Part shown: piece after piece, positions 61,826-64,000 of the stretch
How positions within the stretch are numbered: the stretch's first letter is position 1
Layout: every line of letters begins with the position of its first letter
Translations under genes and position numbers: made by a program
Notes under the pieces: model-generated
Seen by the model: the letters and a program-made list of their open reading frames with translations, nothing else
What the model was told of the DNA's origin: nothing
The model's database searches: none
DNA from: Bacteroidaceae bacterium
GTDB taxonomy: Bacteria; Bacteroidota; Bacteroidia; Bacteroidales; Bacteroidaceae
Direction: 5' to 3'
Assembly (NCBI GenBank): GCA_900772575.1
Contig: CAAHEN010000248.1
Span: forward strand, 3,346-67,345
DNA: 64,000 bases

Positions 61826-62341
61826 ATGCTACAGACGATAATCTCCCGCTTGGGTTGGTTCGTGCTACTGCTCTTTCTGCAAGTGCTCGTGTTCAACCAC
61901 ATACACATCACAGGCTACGCCACACCATTGCCCTATGTCTACTTCTTACTGATACTGCCAGGCAACACACCGCGCTGGTTGTACGTGGCACTGGGCTTTA
62001 TCATGGGACTGGCCATCGACTTGTTCACCAATACACCGGGTATGGCTGCGGCCTCGCTTTGTGCCTGCGGGCTCTTGGCCCCACTGCTCCTGAAAGCCTT
62101 CAAACCCTCCGATAAGGAACTCAGCGAAATGCGCCCCTCATCCCGTTCTATGAAGTGGGGCGGATTTTTGCGTTACGCGGCCAGCATGACATTTATCCAA
62201 TGCACACTGTTCTTTGTCATAGAGGCCTTCTCATTCAACAGTTGGCAGCCCTTGCTCATCAATATCGGTGGCAGCAGCCTACTGACCATGCTTTTCATCT
62301 ACGGACTTGAGCGCCTACGTTCGCGCCGGCCGGAGCAATAG
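61826..62341 (+). CDS. mreD: Rod shape-determining protein MreD
   Basis: Hydrophobic; G...DLFTNTPG motif; position between mreC and PBP2. Confidence 0.9.
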   Translation: MLQTIISRLGWFVLLLFLQVLVFNHIHITGYATPLPYVYFLLILPGNTPRWLYVALGFIMGLAIDLFTNTPGMAAASLCACGLLAPLLLKAFKPSDKELSEMRPSSRSMKWGGFLRYAASMTFIQCTLFFVIEAFSFNSWQPLLINIGGSSLLTMLFIYGLERLRSRRPEQ

Positions 62342-62421
62342 GCTAGCAGAAACTTATTCAACGAGACTATAGGGGCAAGGGGGCTCCTCCCATACCCCGC
62401 TTCACCTCTCCACATACACAC

Positions 62422-64000
62422 ATGTCGGACGAAACCAATTACAGCACACGTAAATTCGTAGTCGGCAGCATTGCCGTCGGTGTAGTCATCATTTACCTCA
62501 TACGCCTGTTTTCCCTACAGCTCATGAGCGATGACTACAAGAAAAATGCCGACTCCAACGCCTTCCGCAAGGAAATCCAGTTCCCTTCCCGCGGGCTCAT
62601 CATGGATCGCAAGGGCAGGTTGATGGTCTACAACGAGGCCTCTTACAACATCATGGTCGTCATGAATGACCAACGCGGGGTCGACACGCTCGACTTCTGC
62701 CGCACCGTGGGCATCACCAAGGATTTCTACATCAAGCGCATGGACGAAATTAAGAAGAAGCCCAACTATTCCCGTTATACACCCCAGCTTTTCATGAGCC
62801 AGATTCCACCTGAGGAATTTTCTGTATTTCGTGAGAAACTGTTCCGCTTCAAGGGATTCTCCTCTGAGAAACGCTCCGTACGCAACTACACCACCGGCCT
62901 AGGCGCCCACATTCTGGGTGACGTTGGCGAAGTGGATGACGAAGACATCAAGGGTGACAGCTACTACCAGAGCGGTGACTATATTGGCAAACTGGGCGTA
63001 GAGCGCTCATATGAAAAACAGCTGCGCGGAGAGAAGGGCATGCGCATCATGCTTCGCGACGTTCGTGGCCGCACCCAAGGCCGCTACCAGAACGGCAAGT
63101 ACGACAAAGCGCCCGTACCCGGCAAGGATCTCACGCTCAGCATCGACATGGATCTTCAAGCACTTGCAGAGCGCTTGCTGGAGGGAAAGCTGGGCGCTAT
63201 TGTGGCCATTGAGCCTTCGACGGGAGAAATTCTCTGTATGGCCTCTTCGCCATCGTACGATCCCCGTAAGATGGTCGGACGCAACCGTGGCAAGAACCAT
63301 AAACTTCTGAGCCACGACCCTATGAAACCCCTACTCAACCGTGCCATCATGGGCACTTATCCCCCTGGATCGACGTTCAAGATATCACAAGCGCTCATCG
63401 GCCTACAGGAGGGAAGCATAGATCCGCAGATTTCCTTTCCTTGCCACCACGGCTTCAACTACAAAGGCCTGCACGTCGGCTGTCACGGGCATGCCTCCCC
63501 CATCAATCTGGTACCTGCCATCGGCACTTCCTGCAACGCTTATTTCTGCTGGAACCTTTATCGCCTCATCAGCAACCGTGCCAAGTATGGTTCTGTGCAG
63601 AACGCGCTCACATGCTGGAAAGACCATTTGGTAGACATGGGCTTCGGCTACAAGCTCGGCATCGATCTCCCCGGTGAACGTCGTGGTATGATACCCAACG
63701 CCAAGTACTATGACGACCACTACCACAAGGCGTGGAATGCACTGACCATCATCTCCATCTCTATCGGACAAGGGGAGGTCACCGCCACCCCGTTGCAAAT
63801 CGTCAACCTTGCAGCCACCGTCGCCAACCGTGGGCACTACTACATCCCTCATGTCGTCCACAGCATTCAAGGCAGCCGTCTCGACTCCATCTACCTCCAT
63901 CCTCACCGCACCGATATCAACCGGCGCTGGTATGATTATGCAGTAGCCGGCATGCGCCGTGCCGTGACCAACGGTACATGCAGTGCGGCGAGCATCCCCG
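62422..64000 (+). CDS. mrdA: Penicillin-binding protein 2 (3' end runs off window)
   Basis: Hand translation from ATG 62422: MSDETNYSTRKFVV...RLFSLQL, PSRGLIMDR, GKLGVERSYE, LNRAI.G.YPPGSTFK (SxxK), SCN (SxN), SIGQGE. Confidence 0.93.
   Translation, partial: MSDETNYSTRKFVVGSIAVGVVIIYLIRLFSLQLMSDDYKKNADSNAFRKEIQFPSRGLIMDRKGRLMVYNEASYNIMVVMNDQRGVDTLDFCRTVGITKDFYIKRMDEIKKKPNYSRYTPQLFMSQIPPEEFSVFREKLFRFKGFSSEKRSVRNYTTGLGAHILGDVGEVDDEDIKGDSYYQSGDYIGKLGVERSYEKQLRGEKGMRIMLRDVRGRTQGRYQNGKYDKAPVPGKDLTLSIDMDLQALAERLLEGKLGAIVAIEPSTGEILCMASSPSYDPRKMVGRNRGKNHKLLSHDPMKPLLNRAIMGTYPPGSTFKISQALIGLQEGSIDPQISFPCHHGFNYKGLHVGCHGHASPINLVPAIGTSCNAYFCWNLYRLISNRAKYGSVQNALTCWKDHLVDMGFGYKLGIDLPGERRGMIPNAKYYDDHYHKAWNALTIISISIGQGEVTATPLQIVNLAATVANRGHYYIPHVVHSIQGSRLDSIYLHPHRTDINRRWYDYAVAGMRRAVTNGTCSAASIP

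Overview
A gene-dense, mostly housekeeping chromosomal segment from a Bacteroidales bacterium, most likely Prevotellaceae (Prevotella/Alloprevotella-like). The evidence is TTTG-N19/20-TAnnTTTG promoters, A-rich leaders without Shine-Dalgarno sites, and Bacteroidales-type SecA, PPi-PFK and mitochondrial-type aconitase. About 46 CDS and one tRNA-Lys(CTT) are recognisable: folB (partial), GH20, Dabb, MltF-like SLT, a Dna2-like nuclease-helicase, a C11 protease, YeiH, acn-icd-gltA, queD-queE, mfd, mltG, acyl-CoA ligase, map-tsaD-cinA, pfp, GH25, DUF4105/Lnb-like, an AlkP-like gene, secA, clpB, nadE, aspS, DHH, rpe, LolC/E-like, an aminotransferase, ttcA, yfcE, GNAT, yigZ, ettA, TPR, an orphan SBP, a half purH and mreBCD-mrdA (partial). 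I saw no integrase, transposase, prophage or CRISPR array. The most accessory-looking part is 25.85-29.6 kb: an 840-bp hairpin-rich spacer with a promoter running straight into a terminator, then an 870-aa secreted protein with an AT-rich central region fused to a GC-rich T9SS-like tail, then a 60-aa YxxP peptide under the same terminator. Other oddities are a clean purH fission, a probable pseudo-phosphatase between lnb-like and secA, a Dna2-like enzyme with no evident Fe-S cysteines, and repeated boxes upstream of clpB. All assignments come from reading motifs by eye; no searches were run.
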